DNA of 64,000 nucleotides, taken from Lingula anatina (lineage: Eukaryota; Animalia; Brachiopoda). The position numbers were made by a program, and so were the translations under genes. This document shows, one piece after another, positions 14,174 through 26,576 of the stretch; within the stretch, counting starts at the first letter, position 1; every line of letters begins with the position of its first letter. The notes beneath the pieces were generated by a model that was given only the letters and a program-made list of their open reading frames with translations, did no database searches and was not told where the DNA came from. The stretch covers positions 19,010,651 through 19,074,650 of the forward strand of contig CM120647.1 of NCBI GenBank assembly GCA_051362555.1, in the 5' to 3' direction.

Positions 14174-14186
14174 CCGGAAGTGACGT
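14174..14186. promoter_or_regulatory. ETS-CRE composite motif CCGGAAGTGACGT in a locally GC-richer patch
   Basis: Exact motif, with CCAAT at about 14042; no associated CDS found. Confidence 0.3.
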
Positions 14187-14966
14187 GTAGTGGTGTAAGA
14201 CGTAAAGCCGAGTGGTCGTTTTTAGCTAGAGCGAAACGGGAATGAAGACGTGGGCTTAGAGAAAAAAGCACTTTTTCTAACAACACGATAAGATAACATT
14301 TTATCTTTATGCATTTGGGGCAGAGAACACTTGTAGAAACAATAGGAGCATGATAAAAAAACGTCTTTTTTTCTATATTCTGTATATAAAGACAGGTAAT
14401 ATGAACACGATGTAACTACACATCTTAACTTCCTCCGTCCCAAATATGTCAAATAAAATGTTCAGAGGCTAGATAACGTATAAGTACTGCGCACTTTAAT
14501 ACCTTCGGAATGTCAATGGAAACAGTGTTATATAAGTCGGTGCGACAATAATATCTTATCTACCGCAATGGAATAATTCAATGACCAAAAAAAAAAAAAA
14601 AAGCACCTCTATTCTCTACCACAATCAAGAGCAATCAAAGCGAATTGCTTTTGGTACAAAACATTCCAATTCCAGGTATTACAAATAAATAAAAATCTCA
14701 AATAAAATCTCAGATAAAAATCTCAAATATTAAAAAATAAAACCCTCACGAATATGTTTCCGAAGCCTGAGAAAGTCTATTGGCCGTCATAAGGCGTCCT
14801 AAGATGCCGATGCGATTAATGTTTTTAAAAAGATTACACTTAAAATATCAATGTCAGAGCTTCACCTAGTGTCACCTTTGAGAATGGTTGCGAGTTTGTA
14901 AATGTTTATTCATACTTCAAAGATTTTATTGTAAAATACAAAACCTTGCATGGTCCCCATGTTACA

Positions 14967-15208
14967 CAGTGGCGAATTTAGGGAAGTGTCAGGGGGGCTT
15001 GGTCGTCCCCGCCTTAGATTTCTGTAAAAAAAAAACACAGCATCGCGCCCTCTAAAATACTAAAAAATTTCGGAGCCCTTAAGCGGGCCCTTAACCCCAC
15101 GCCAAGAGGTGGGGTGTGGGTGGGGGCGAGGGTCGGCTTTGCATCCGCGGCTTGTCATTTCTAAAAACCGGACCCAACCCTCTTCAAATAACCCTGGATC
15201 CGACCCTG
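14967..15208. mobile_element. MITE with CAG..CTG termini and a 5-bp TSD (TTACA)
   Basis: cagtggcgaattt ... ggatccgaccctg, with ttaca on both sides. Confidence 0.7.
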
Positions 15209-15249
15209 TTACATATGCTTTGATCTCTATAGCATACTTCAGTCCAGAT

Positions 15250-15420
15250 GTACACTTAAATTTACACTCCTCTGCCTTGGCAAAGATTTTGAGCATGTTG
15301 CTGTTGGAAAGTGTATAAATTGTCCAATGTTGGAGATGAAATTGTTTACTATAAGAGAAAGAGAGGAAACAGGGTTCTTAGATGAAAATGTGTTAGGGGT
15401 AGTTTCTAGAATTGCTGAAA
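15250..15420 (+). pseudogene. Orphan promoter / 5'UTR-exon relic of the peptide gene family
   Basis: gctgttggaaagtgTATAAAttg resembles the D/E core promoter. ggaaacagggttcttag..tgttaggggtagtttctagaattgctg matches the copy A 5'UTR exon/intron junction, with the donor GT mutated. Confidence 0.5.
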
Positions 15421-16062
15421 AGCTTGAATACGTCACTAAGAAAGGCAGGACAAATGAATCGACAAAGAACGATTCGTGTTTACCTTCAAAGTCGTGGGGT
15501 TGTTTCAACAAAATAATGGCGAGATGTTGATTAATTTCAGATTAAAGGTGATGCCGAAACGAAGAGAACGGGACAATTCGATCTGTCAGTTCTGTGTAGA
15601 AGTTTAAAAAATGTTAACAATTCTGCAGGTGATGTAGACAGTATACAAAACTTTTAGCGTTTCTTTTCCCAGTTTACAAACTTTGATAACCGCCCTTCCA
15701 TCTGTTTACCTGGATAGAACAATAAATAAAACTGTCTCTGAGATGGACTGAACCACCCAGACATATGTGGGTTTTACATTAAAAGCGTCTCGTCTGTTTA
15801 TACAGAAGCCTTGATCAATGCTGGTATTTTCGATTCAGAAATTACTTTCATCTACCACACGTGGGAATTCAATATAAAATGGGTGAAAAATCTCTGTCTC
15901 AAGATTTTGTTCAAATTTCCCGGGTTTTACCCATCCCCGACGCATCGCAACTGATTTGTGACTGGCCACTTAGTTGACTAGAATTTCCATGAGAGTGCTG
16001 TTACACTCCTCCTGATAGTTAATTAAGTAATTAAGTTCTCAGTCAGGGTAGCTGACTTAAGT

Positions 16063-16105
<43 letters not shown>

Positions 16106-17459
16106 TAACTGGGGCCTCGACAAACAGTTAAAAGACGCCATTAAGAAAGACAGGGCAAATAAATTGAGAACGAATGATTTATAATCATTGTCATGACAAT
16201 GATTTATAATCATTGTCATGACCGAGCGGTTGCTTTAAGTAACCAGCAAATGGGTGGTGTTAATTTCAAATTCAAGGTGATGCCGTTGCAAATAGAAAGG
16301 GTCAACTTTCTAAACTCCAAATAGAAGTTCAGAAGTGTGAATAATTCTGCCGTTGTAGTAAAAAGTAAACACAAGTTTACATTCATACGTGTAAAACTGA
16401 ACATAAAGAGGATTTATATTGTGAAGATGAGTCAGCTGTTTTGACAAACGCTTCGAATAATACTGGTATTTTTTGACCCAGAAATTACTTTGATCTGCTG
16501 TATACGGGAATGCAATACAGATTGAATGGAGAATGGTGATGGAAAGTTTGAAATAGTTTTTTTTTTTTTTTTTTTGGAAATGCAAAGTTACTTAATAACT
16601 TACTTATAACGATTATCAAGACCAGTCGTACATGTCTATTACATTCGTACCACGTGAGACCAGTGTGATTTGGATACTGCTGGGGAGAGAAAGGGACACA
16701 GACGGGGACTGATTAACAATTTGTTATGTAATATATTTATTTCAAGTCCACGTTCCATAATATAACATATATGTTCAGTAAACTTTACAGTTAGTACAAT
16801 TATGTGCGTTACAAGTAAAACGAACAGTTAGACACCTGGCCATTACAATCTATGTTGACGATCTCACCTCCCCGGGAAGGTTATCGAGCACACATACTTT
16901 ATCATAAAACAGGTTCTTGTTGAATTCTACTGGGTACTTGTTGATGAAGTAAAAAATCCCCATTTCAGTTTAAGATGTTCAGGTATTCTACTGTCAGCGG
17001 TGCTGGTCAACTCGCCATCGCTAACGACACCTTTAAAGGGTCTTTTCTGAAACAGATTTGAAATCTTAAAACTTTCAGAACATGACAATGAAATCTTCAG
17101 TTTGGGTCTATTCCTTAATTCCTGAAACAAACATACTGCTGATTTACAATTTCATTGTAAATGTATCAAATGGTCACAATTAAATATAAATACAAAAATA
17201 AAAATAGATAAAAAACTAAGTAAAAAAAAAAAATAAATAATGATAAAAGATTATACAGACACAATATTGTCCATTCATCCACTGTAATATCAATAATTAT
17301 AACACTCACAAATAAATATTTATCGTAGAAATGTATCAACATTCTAGGGGATGCTTAACCAATTTGTTGATGATTAATCGCACTTCAGACGCGCCACTGT
17401 GAAATATAGACATGCTGCCTTGAAACCCGTGTATCATGTTTTGACTTATCTAGTATACT

Positions 17460-18142
17460 GAAATACAGGAGCAGATCCGTCCATTCAAACGCCGCTGCAG
17501 TGACGAAGCTAACGTGGCTTTTGAAAATTATATGGATTGCTCAGACTGTGGAAGTGAAAACTGAAACGCAGGTAAATTCTCTCGAATTCTCGAAAATATA
17601 TTTAATTGCTGTATAGCATTAAGTTCTGTTTCATGACACTAGAACGTGTTCTTATTAGCTACACTAGGTGAAAAACTTGATTGCAATTTTAGACGATATA
17701 AATGTGATCTTACCGCGCATTTCAAACAAACTACTAAAGTAGCTTGTTTTGGTCTTTGGAGGGTGCAAAAATTTGTAAGTTAATTGGAAAGAATACTGAT
17801 GGCTTAGTCTATGTACATGTACTTTAGTCTATCAATAGCCATTCGTTACAGAAAACCATATAAATTTGCTGTTCCAAAGCACTTCGTTAAATATCTAGTC
17901 CGTTCAAAATGCATGTGCTATAGAATTCTATGTAAATAGGCAAGGACACATTATATCAAATCGGTTTATCAAATCTTCATCGTCTCTATTGGCTACCTGC
18001 TCAGGTTTTTTTTATCCGTACCTTTTAAGATTCTGAATCGAAACTGTTTCTAAATCGAATCTGTTTACTTTACAGAGAACAAGTTGGTACATATAGTTAC
18101 GTACATCAAGATCGTCTTTTAAAAACGGTAATCATCATTTTC

Positions 18143-18196
<54 letters not shown>

Positions 18197-18687
18197 CCAA
18201 TTGCCTTTATGCATATTAAGTTTCACAGTGTACTGGAAACACAAGTCTCTTAATTCTCTCTGCGAAAGAGCCCAATAATTATAACAAAGTGGTATTTGCT
18301 ACCTCGCGTAACGGCAAAATATACAGACAGCAACTTAGTCACGTTTAATTTATGCACTGGCCCCGTAAAGCTTTTATAGGAAAATGGGATGAAAGTGTGG
18401 CGGAATTTTTCAGTTTAAATGTTTGGCACATTGAAGCTGGGTTGAATGTTTAATATACCGGGTAGTTATCTGTAGAATTTGGGAATTAAGAAAAAAATAT
18501 CTAGTTCATCGTTGTCACTGTTAACGTTCTGAAAGAAAGAATTGCCTTGTTCTATGCGACGTTTTTCTAAAGTAACTAGAAAGGTTTGCTTTTACCAGGA
18601 CTCCAGCTTAAATATATATCAGAAAATATAATTAGTGATTGATGTTCGCATGCTGCAAATACAACATATTTTAATTGGATACTTGTT

Positions 18688-18753
<66 letters not shown>

Positions 18754-18956
18754 GTTTCCATTTTTACACTACAGAGAAACCCGTGCTGTTGAAATAGCAA
18801 ATGTAATGTATGAAACGCTATTCACGCAAAAAATCAGACTTGCAATTTAATAGCCAAATGACATTCTAACAGCCTACACAAAATGGCGTTCCATAGTAAT
18901 GCATTCGGTTGTGCATGTGATGTCGGCCGTAGACAAAGTTGTGACCCGATTCCTAC
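17460..18956 (+). pseudogene. Decayed family member (psi2): promoter relic 17460-17575 plus exon-2 relic 18873-18956
   Basis: ttcaaacgccgctgc..gactgtgga..cag|gtaaat resembles the D/E promoter and UTR exon. The exon-2 relic reads NAFGCACDVGRRQSCDPIP and ends AC|GTAAAA at the conserved phase-2 donor position. Confidence 0.6.
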
Positions 18957-19698
18957 GTAAAACAAACTCTCTCTTTTGATTTAATGATATATAATATAAT
19001 AAGAGGCACTCTTACTGTCTGGTGTACTTAACCATGGTTATACCTGCAAGTGGCCGAGAATTAAACCTAGTCTCCCTGCTATCGTCTTTCGTGTTCCGTG
19101 AAAAATGAGTATTTTACTTGAATATCATCATTCTTCATTCATATCGTATTTCATTCTCATGCAGATCAAAGTAATTTACAAATGAAAACTACCAGTATTG
19201 TTCAATGCGCTTTTGAAATAGACAAGCCGCTATCGATGTAAAGCCCCCATATCTCTGTTTCAGTCTGTCTCGGAGAGTTTTTTCTATCATGATATACCGG
19301 TATCTTCAAATGTGAAGGTTTTCAAACTTTGTAAAACGTCAGGTAAAGGTAGGAAAGTTGAATTAATGTTCTACTGAAGTTGCAAAATGTTCCACACCTG
19401 TGAAGCCTCTGTGAACTCAACAAAATCGTTTCATTTCACTAGGGACAGACACATGTGCCGAAAACAAGCCAAACTAAAAAAATAAATCATGACAGTACAA
19501 GTCGCATTGCTATCTGAATTTCATATAATTAACGTAATCATTTTGTCTCACATAATTCCAAATTTAATATCTCGCGAAATAAAAGGAAAAAAGTTGCATA
19601 AGTATCTGAATTACATATAAACAGCATTATCATTTCGTCTCACATAATGATAAAGGTATATTTCTAATTTCAATAAAGGGAGGAAGACGTGATGTTTT

Positions 19699-22054
19699 TT
19701 AGAGATACTGCAGATCAGAATCGAATTCCTGGCGATCAATCTTGCCGTCATCATTGGCGTCCATTTCCTTAAACGCAGCGTTAATATCTGGGTATCCCTG
19801 TAGGACAGTGCTGAGCTCATCCAAGCTTATATAACCATCTCTGAAACATAAAAAAAAAAGATTCGATTAACGCTACGTGCGTAGGTCACGTGACAGAGGG
19901 AGCCTTAACGAAGTCGAAAAGGGTTTTAAAATAAATTAAGTCTTTTTTTTCTGAATGAGCGCTCTACAGGGATAGTAGTATTTTAGCTTTCCACATTGCA
20001 GCTGAATAATCTGGTTATCATTTATGAAAGTGAATCTCACTGGGCACGACCAGTTAATGTAACAAACTATCTTACATGTAACTGATGTATATACACTCAA
20101 TAACGGCATATTTTATGTGGGTACATGCTCGAAGTTAAAATTCTACCCAAACAGAAGAAGCAAACCCGTGAACGCGAGTGAAGCACCATATTTAACCAAG
20201 GAGTTGGAATAACTTCTTGGTTTAATTTTACGAATCTGGAAACGGACTCAAAAACGCTCATTGTGAAAGACCATTTGTCTGAATAATTTGGCCTTGTGGG
20301 GAACCCCCTTAAGACCATCCCGGGACTCCACATTACATTAAATAACCCCTTAATAATAAAACCCCAGAGTTTAGCTCAAAGGGCTCACATCTTTGGAAAA
20401 CGCTATCTGTAATACTGCTACAGAGATTCCCAGGTTCCTTGTCTTAAACTCTGCACATAGAAAGGAATGAAAAGACTCCATGCTGTCACTTCAACAGAAT
20501 ATATTTCCTACACTATCAGTTACACGGTACAAGCCTCTCTCTCCTTCCCTCTCTCTCTCTCGTCTATCCCGTGTCATCTTCTAGCTATTCACCAATCTCT
20601 TCCAGATATAAGTTTACAGATCTTTATACTAAACTTTATCAATTAAACTGCCCATCATATAACTTATAAACTGATTGGTTACTTCAGACACATGTCCACC
20701 CCCTCATGGTTGTCAGTCCCATAAACTCCATGTAATCAAGCTCTAACAGATTATTAGCTTGAAACAAAGGACCTTAAGATTTGAACTGCAAGGTGTGATG
20801 TATTATCTGAAGCTACTTATACAATATGGCTTCCCACGAGTGAATTTTATGACACAATGGCTTCCTCTGATTGAATTAATACTACATCATATATAAAAGT
20901 TTTAAAAGCTCTAATTACACTTTTTCTATACTGTGGTTCCTGACACCCCGAGTGACGATTAATGAAGTTCGTATATATCAAAAGAGTTGTAACCTAAATT
21001 CGTATTAGGCTGGTGTAATTCTCACGTACAACTGTATGCCCCAGTTTGTGTCTGTGGCCCCGTTCCCATACCTGCGTCGATCTAGCAGGATCAACCCATC
21101 TCTGAGGGGTTTCTCGCTAAACTGCATTCGGCTTAAACGGGTCTGATGTCTGACACGTCTACTAAAGCTGTAAGGCGGTAATTAACTATCGTTTAGCAGC
21201 TTCGGCATTTTAACGAGAATCCCCTTGGAGATGGGTCGATACTAAAATATCGATCTCGTTATGGGAATGGGGTCTATGTGAACGCGTGTGGTCGGGCTGG
21301 CATGCGAGTTTGACGGTGTTGATTGAGTGTATCTGCACGTTCGTGTTCATGTTTATAAGTGAGGTGGTGTACGTGTATGTGTGTGTGTGCGTGCGTGTAT
21401 GTGTGAATGAGTGCGTTCGTGTGTATAGTAAGTACAATCATATAAAATTCAAACTCACCCATCTATATCAAGCTCGGCAAACATTTCATCTGGACCCCAG
21501 TTTTCGCCCTGATCATCCTGGCCTTCATCACCCTGGCCCTCATCTTCCTTGTCCTCATCTTCCTGGTCCTCAACGTCCTGGTCCTCATCTTCCTGGTCCT
21601 CAACATCCTGGTCCTCATCTTCTTGGCCCTCAACATCCTCAGCATCCCTTCTCCTTTTGTACGTACATCGGCAGCTTTGGTCCGGTATTTTCCACCAGCC
21701 TTTACTTATAGTACTGTACAAATAATGCGACGAACTCGTGTTTATTATATAGATTTTGACAAGGATCCTTTCTTTCTGGTGACAGATGTATGATAACGCC
21801 ACTTAATTACTAATTTTTTTTTCTTTTTTAATATTGAGTAGTGTTCGTTTATTTAATAATTTATTGTTTTTCTATGATTATTTTACTACGATGATTCCAT
21901 GTACAAATTTCTATTTGCTGGACAGAAATGTCCACAGAATACCCATGTAGGTGAATATATGTAAACATCTAGTGAAAAATTATATATATACATTTCGTTT
22001 TTAAAATGTACAGAAGTACTTCTTAAAAATCATTTGAACCCATTCGTTGTCTTC

Positions 22055-22097
<43 letters not shown>

Positions 22098-22601
22098 ACA
22101 TACGTGACCACAGGGACGCAGTCACTTCTACATTCAGAGGCACAAGCGCAGCCGAATATGTTGCACTTTCCGTATGAACAGTAAGGGGTTTTCTGTAAAG
22201 TGAAACGTGAAATTGTATAATAACTCTAGCTCTCTCTCTGTTTCGTAGACACACTTGCACCTACACACGATCGCGCTCTCACACTCGCACACACACACAC
22301 ACACAAAAACACGCAGCGTGAGAAAAGAGAAAAAATATTTCATAACGCTCACTGACATAAAATTGACTTCTGGGTTTAAGTCCCCTTGCAAACCTGTACA
22401 TTTTGAAACTAAAATATTGAGTGCCATAGTTTTCTGAATTCCGATGCTCTTTATCTAGCTCTTTAATATAGTAGGTCCTACCCTAGTGCAATCAAGGCAA
22501 TAATCTCCTTTGCCTCCTCGACAGCAGATTGCGGCGGTTTGCTGCACTATGGCTGCCAGGCAAGTCACAACCAACGCAAACACTGGAAGGGCAGTCATCA
22601 T
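19699..22601 (-). CDS. Mytimycin-like Cys-rich peptide precursor with acidic spacer and EF-hand pair, copy A (about 201 aa); complement(join(19699..19840,21459..21713,22104..22192,22482..22601))
   Basis: All introns are GT-AG and the frame is continuous: MMTALPVFALVVTCLAAIVQQTAA-ICCRGGKGDYCLDCTR|KTPYCSYGKCNIFGCACASECRSDCVPVVT|TISKGWWKIPDQSCRCTYKRRR-DAED(EDQ repeats)..FAELDIDG|DGYISLDELSTVLQGYPDINAAFKEMDANDDGKIDRQEFDSDLQYL*. Confidence 0.9.
21056..21274. mobile_element. MITE in copy A intron 3 (absent from the corresponding intron of C and D)
   Basis: TIRs ggccccgttcccata / tatgggaatggggtc. The empty site is visible in C (about 42545) and D (about 49360). Confidence 0.8.
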
Positions 22602-23339
22602 CTGAAATATGAAATATCAACATCTGGTTGGCGAAATGACAAACTGAGTTTCGGGGGACATTTGGGATTCGTCTTGACTGTCAGAGGCACGCTGGTTGCA
22701 TAGGGCTAATTAGGTTCTCGCTGTGCGCTGAATCTCAATGCACAAAAAGGCGAAAACTCCCGCGAAAATTTGTCTCATTTAACGTACATTTACGGTTGTT
22801 CTCAATCTATTCTAGAATATTCGGTGTATTTTTTACAGTTCTAATGTTCTTCTGCATTGAATGTAACGGTTCGAGAATTGTTTTTGGGAAGTCCTTCAGA
22901 ATGCCTTAGAACATATTAAGAACATTTTTTATCAAAAGCGAAAAACATTATGTTTTAGGACAGACTGAGAACAGTAAGTGAGCGTAAAATGAGACAAATT
23001 TTCGCACGGAGGCCTGTTGCAGCTATAGATACCACCCATTTGGGCTTCTTTCCTTACTGAAGAGGTCAACATGGTGGTATCTACCTGTAGCTGCAAAAGG
23101 CTCCTCGGCGTCATAAGTGTTTGCTATTATACTATACAGCATTCCTAGAAACTACCTTTAACAAAGTTTACCTGAGAACTCCGTTTCCTTTCACACAAAG
23201 TTTCCAAATAACTTCGTACCCACAGTTTGAACAATATATGCAGTTACCGACGGCTACGATAGCACCTTTTGAAATACCGAACACACCTGTATACTAGTGA
23301 GATGAAAGCATGTTACGCTGTCATCAAAGTTATGAAGAC

Positions 23340-23379
<40 letters not shown>

Positions 23380-23919
23380 ACCATACGTACAGATGCGGCA
23401 GAATAACCAGAATGCAAACCCTTAGAAAAGAGATACATTGAAAGTTTAAACTGACAACAACTCTTCACATGAAATTGAAAATTCTACAATAAATATATGT
23501 ACACACATACATTGTAAACAGCACAAAGAAATATAATGTATTACATTTTAGCACCAAAACAGTGGTTATTGCAATTATTCTCAAATCTGCGTTTACTATT
23601 GGGCCACGTCGACTTTGACAGATGGCTACCCTCCGTAAAAATAATAATAATCTTTATTAGAAAATCGCAACCCGAAGGTTGAAGATATACATATACATGT
23701 ATGTAATTTTTTTATTATTTTATTATATTTTATATTTTATTATTTTTTTATTATTCAAGTCAGAGAAGCCTGGTCGTTTTAGTATTTTTGCACTGGTGCA
23801 CTCTGTAGATGTTCTCACCTCCCTGGGGAGGATACAGCTCAGAAAAATATCTTAAAGGATCTACTAAAACTAGTGTGGAGTACACAAAGGGATAAAGGGG
23901 CTTTTTGGTGGTTGCTTAA

Positions 23920-24140
23920 GGACTGGGTTCCCACACCTAGATCAATCTAACAGGATCGACCCATCTCCAAGGGGATTTTCGCTAAATTGCTTTCAGCTTA
24001 ATAAGCGGCTTAGGTGTCTGGCACTCCTACTGAAGCTGTTGACCAATAATTAATAACCCCCTAGGAGCTTCAATGAGCGTGACAGACATGGCGACATCCC
24101 GTTGGAGATAGATCGATCCACACTTAGCACGCTGGGTCCA
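23920..24140. mobile_element. MITE of the same family as 21056-21274
   Basis: gttcccacacctagatcaatctaacaggatcgacccatctccaaggggattttcgctaaa aligns to 21062-21120. Confidence 0.6.
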
Positions 24141-25429
24141 GAAAATACCGGACAAATACCTGGTGTAAAAATCAAATTGAAGATGATGCTGAAGTTTTGT
24201 GTGAAATTTGAACAATTCTGCTTCTTTAGTAGAAAGCCCACAAAACTTTTATAACTTTTAAACAGAGTTTACAAAGTTAATAAAACACGCCTGTTGAAAA
24301 GGAGGCTTTTCGTAACTAATAAAGGTCCACAGGTAAGTTGTTCAGAAAAACACAGTCGCCCTTCGACGCCGCTACCTTCAGGAAAGCGTATCCTCCGCTT
24401 GGATCACCGGAATTTTTTTGTTATCTGACAAATTAGGGCAGATGTCAATTTACGTTTTAGCTTTTAATTCTGAATTTACTAATATTTTGGGCTGAAGTCG
24501 ACGTTAGATTTACAGACATGACGCAAAGCCACCAGAGTGACCGTTTAAATTTCAAATTATTATATTTCGTTTTCTTCCTGACGTTTGTTATTATCATTTG
24601 TTGCGCCACTTGTTGCACACACTGAAGATCTAAGGCAATTATGATACCATCCATTGTATAATAATCTAAGCTAGCCTTCACATTTAACAGACACAATTAT
24701 TCACACCTTTCAACACTACCGGTCTCCTCGAGGATGTCCCCATTTAGTGACATATCTCCAGATTCCCCGATTCAGCATAAACGCCCCCTGATTTATCAGA
24801 CGCGTGGCGATAAAATGTGTCGCTAGATCTTGTAAACACTCAGCGAAATGCACCTTGTGACTATATTCCATGTGCCGTCACTTAATTGCTTAATCAGATG
24901 GTTTTATGAACGATACATACCTAGGAATGTTATATAACCGTGGCGATATGATGATCACTGAAGCCTGTCCTCATACTTACTGAGAAAAAATACAGTCACG
25001 GGGGGAGGGGGGGGGAGTTCAGCAACGACTGCACGAGGGTACATCATCACTAATAATTTAAACATTAAAAAGTTTACTTAAAATTGTAGCAACCAAATAT
25101 GTAATAAGCTATGTACCGGTAAGTGCATAAATAAAAATTAAAAAGAAAAAATAATACGATTCACATTTAATTTATGCACTGGCCCCGTAAATCTAGTATA
25201 GGTAAATGGGATGAAAGAGTGGCGGAATTTTTCAGTTCAAATGTTTGGCACATTGAAGCTGGGTTGAGTGTTATATATACCGGGTAGTTATCTGTAGGAT
25301 TTAGGAATTAAGAAAAAAATTATCTAGTTTATCGTTGTCACTGTTAACGTTCTGAAAGAAAGAATTGCCTTGTTCTATGCGACGTTTTTCTAAAGTGACT
25401 AGAAAGGTTTGCTTTTACCAGGACACCAG

Positions 25430-25492
<63 letters not shown>

Positions 25493-25551
25493 AAATATAA
25501 TTAGTGATTGATGTTTGCATGCTGCAAATACAACATATTTTAATTGGATAC

Positions 25552-25623
<72 letters not shown>

Positions 25624-25746
25624 AATAGTTTCCATTTTTACACTACAGAGAAACCCGTGCTGTTGAAATAGCAAATGTAATGTATGAAACGCTATTCACG
25701 CAAAAAATCAGACTTGCAAATTAATAGCCAAATGGCATTCTAACAG

Positions 25747-25830
25747 CCTACACAAAATGGCGTTCCATAGTAAAGCATTCGGTTGTGCATGTGATGTCGG
25801 CCGTAGACAAAGTTGCGACCCGATTCCTAC
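25747..25830 (+). pseudogene. Duplicated exon-2 relic (psi3), a copy of 18873-18956
   Basis: gcattcggttgtgcatgtgatgtcggccgtagacaaagttgcgacccgattcctac|gtaaaa encodes AFGCACDVGRRQSCDPIP. Confidence 0.6.
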
Positions 25831-26576
25831 GTAAAACAAACTCTCTCTTTTGATTTAATGATATATAATATAATAAGAGACACTCTTACTGTCTGGTGTA
25901 CTTAACCATGGTTATACCTGCAAGTGGCCGAGAATTAAACCTAGTCTCCCTGCTATCGTCTTTCGTGTTCCGTGAAAAATGAGTATTTTACTTGAATATC
26001 ATCATTCTTCATTCATATCGTATTTCATTCTCATGCAGATCAAAGTAATTTACAAATGAAAACTACCAGTATTGTTCAATGCGCTTTTGAAATAGACAAG
26101 CCGCTATCGATGTAAAGCCCCCATATCTCTGTTTCAGTCTGTCTCGGAGAGTTTTTTCTATCATGATATACCGGTATCTTCAAATGTGAAGGTTATCAAA
26201 CTTTGTAAAACGTCAGGTAAAGGTAGGAAAGTTGAATTAATGTTCTACTGAAGTTGCAAATGTTCCACACCTGAGAAGCCTCTGTGAACTCAACAAAATC
26301 GTTTCATTTCACTAGGGACAGACACATGTGCCGAAAACAAGCCAAACTAAACAAATGAATCATGACAGTACAAGTCGCATTGCTATCTGAATTTCATATA
26401 ATTAACGTTATCATTTTGTCTCACATAATTCCAAATTTAATATCTCGCGAAATAAAAGGAAAAAGTTGCATAAGTATCTGAATTACATATAAACAGCATT
26501 ATCATTTCGTCTCACATAATGATAAAGGTACATTTCTAATTTCAATAAAGGGAGGAAGACGTGATGTATTTTAGAG

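Larger units (their letters stand above)
18339..23409. repeat. Segmental duplication unit 1 (about 5.07 kb), paralogous to 25161-30229
   Basis: Colinear near-identity from tttaatttatgcactggccccgtaaa through ccatacgtacagatgcg..gaataacca. Confidence 0.95.

Noticed and set aside
16727-17140. Possible minus-strand LINE 3' relic
   Set aside because: Too degenerate to support from the sequence alone.
19611-19820. ORF MSSALSYRD... (also 26483 and 49923)
   Set aside because: Wrong frame of the EF-hand exon; the spliced frame gives canonical EF loops.
21286-21711. Plus-strand HPGPHLPGPQ-repeat ORF (also 28122/28163 and 42160, and MRTRK-type ORFs)
   Set aside because: Antisense or alternative-frame shadows of the 15-bp acidic coding minisatellite in exon 3.
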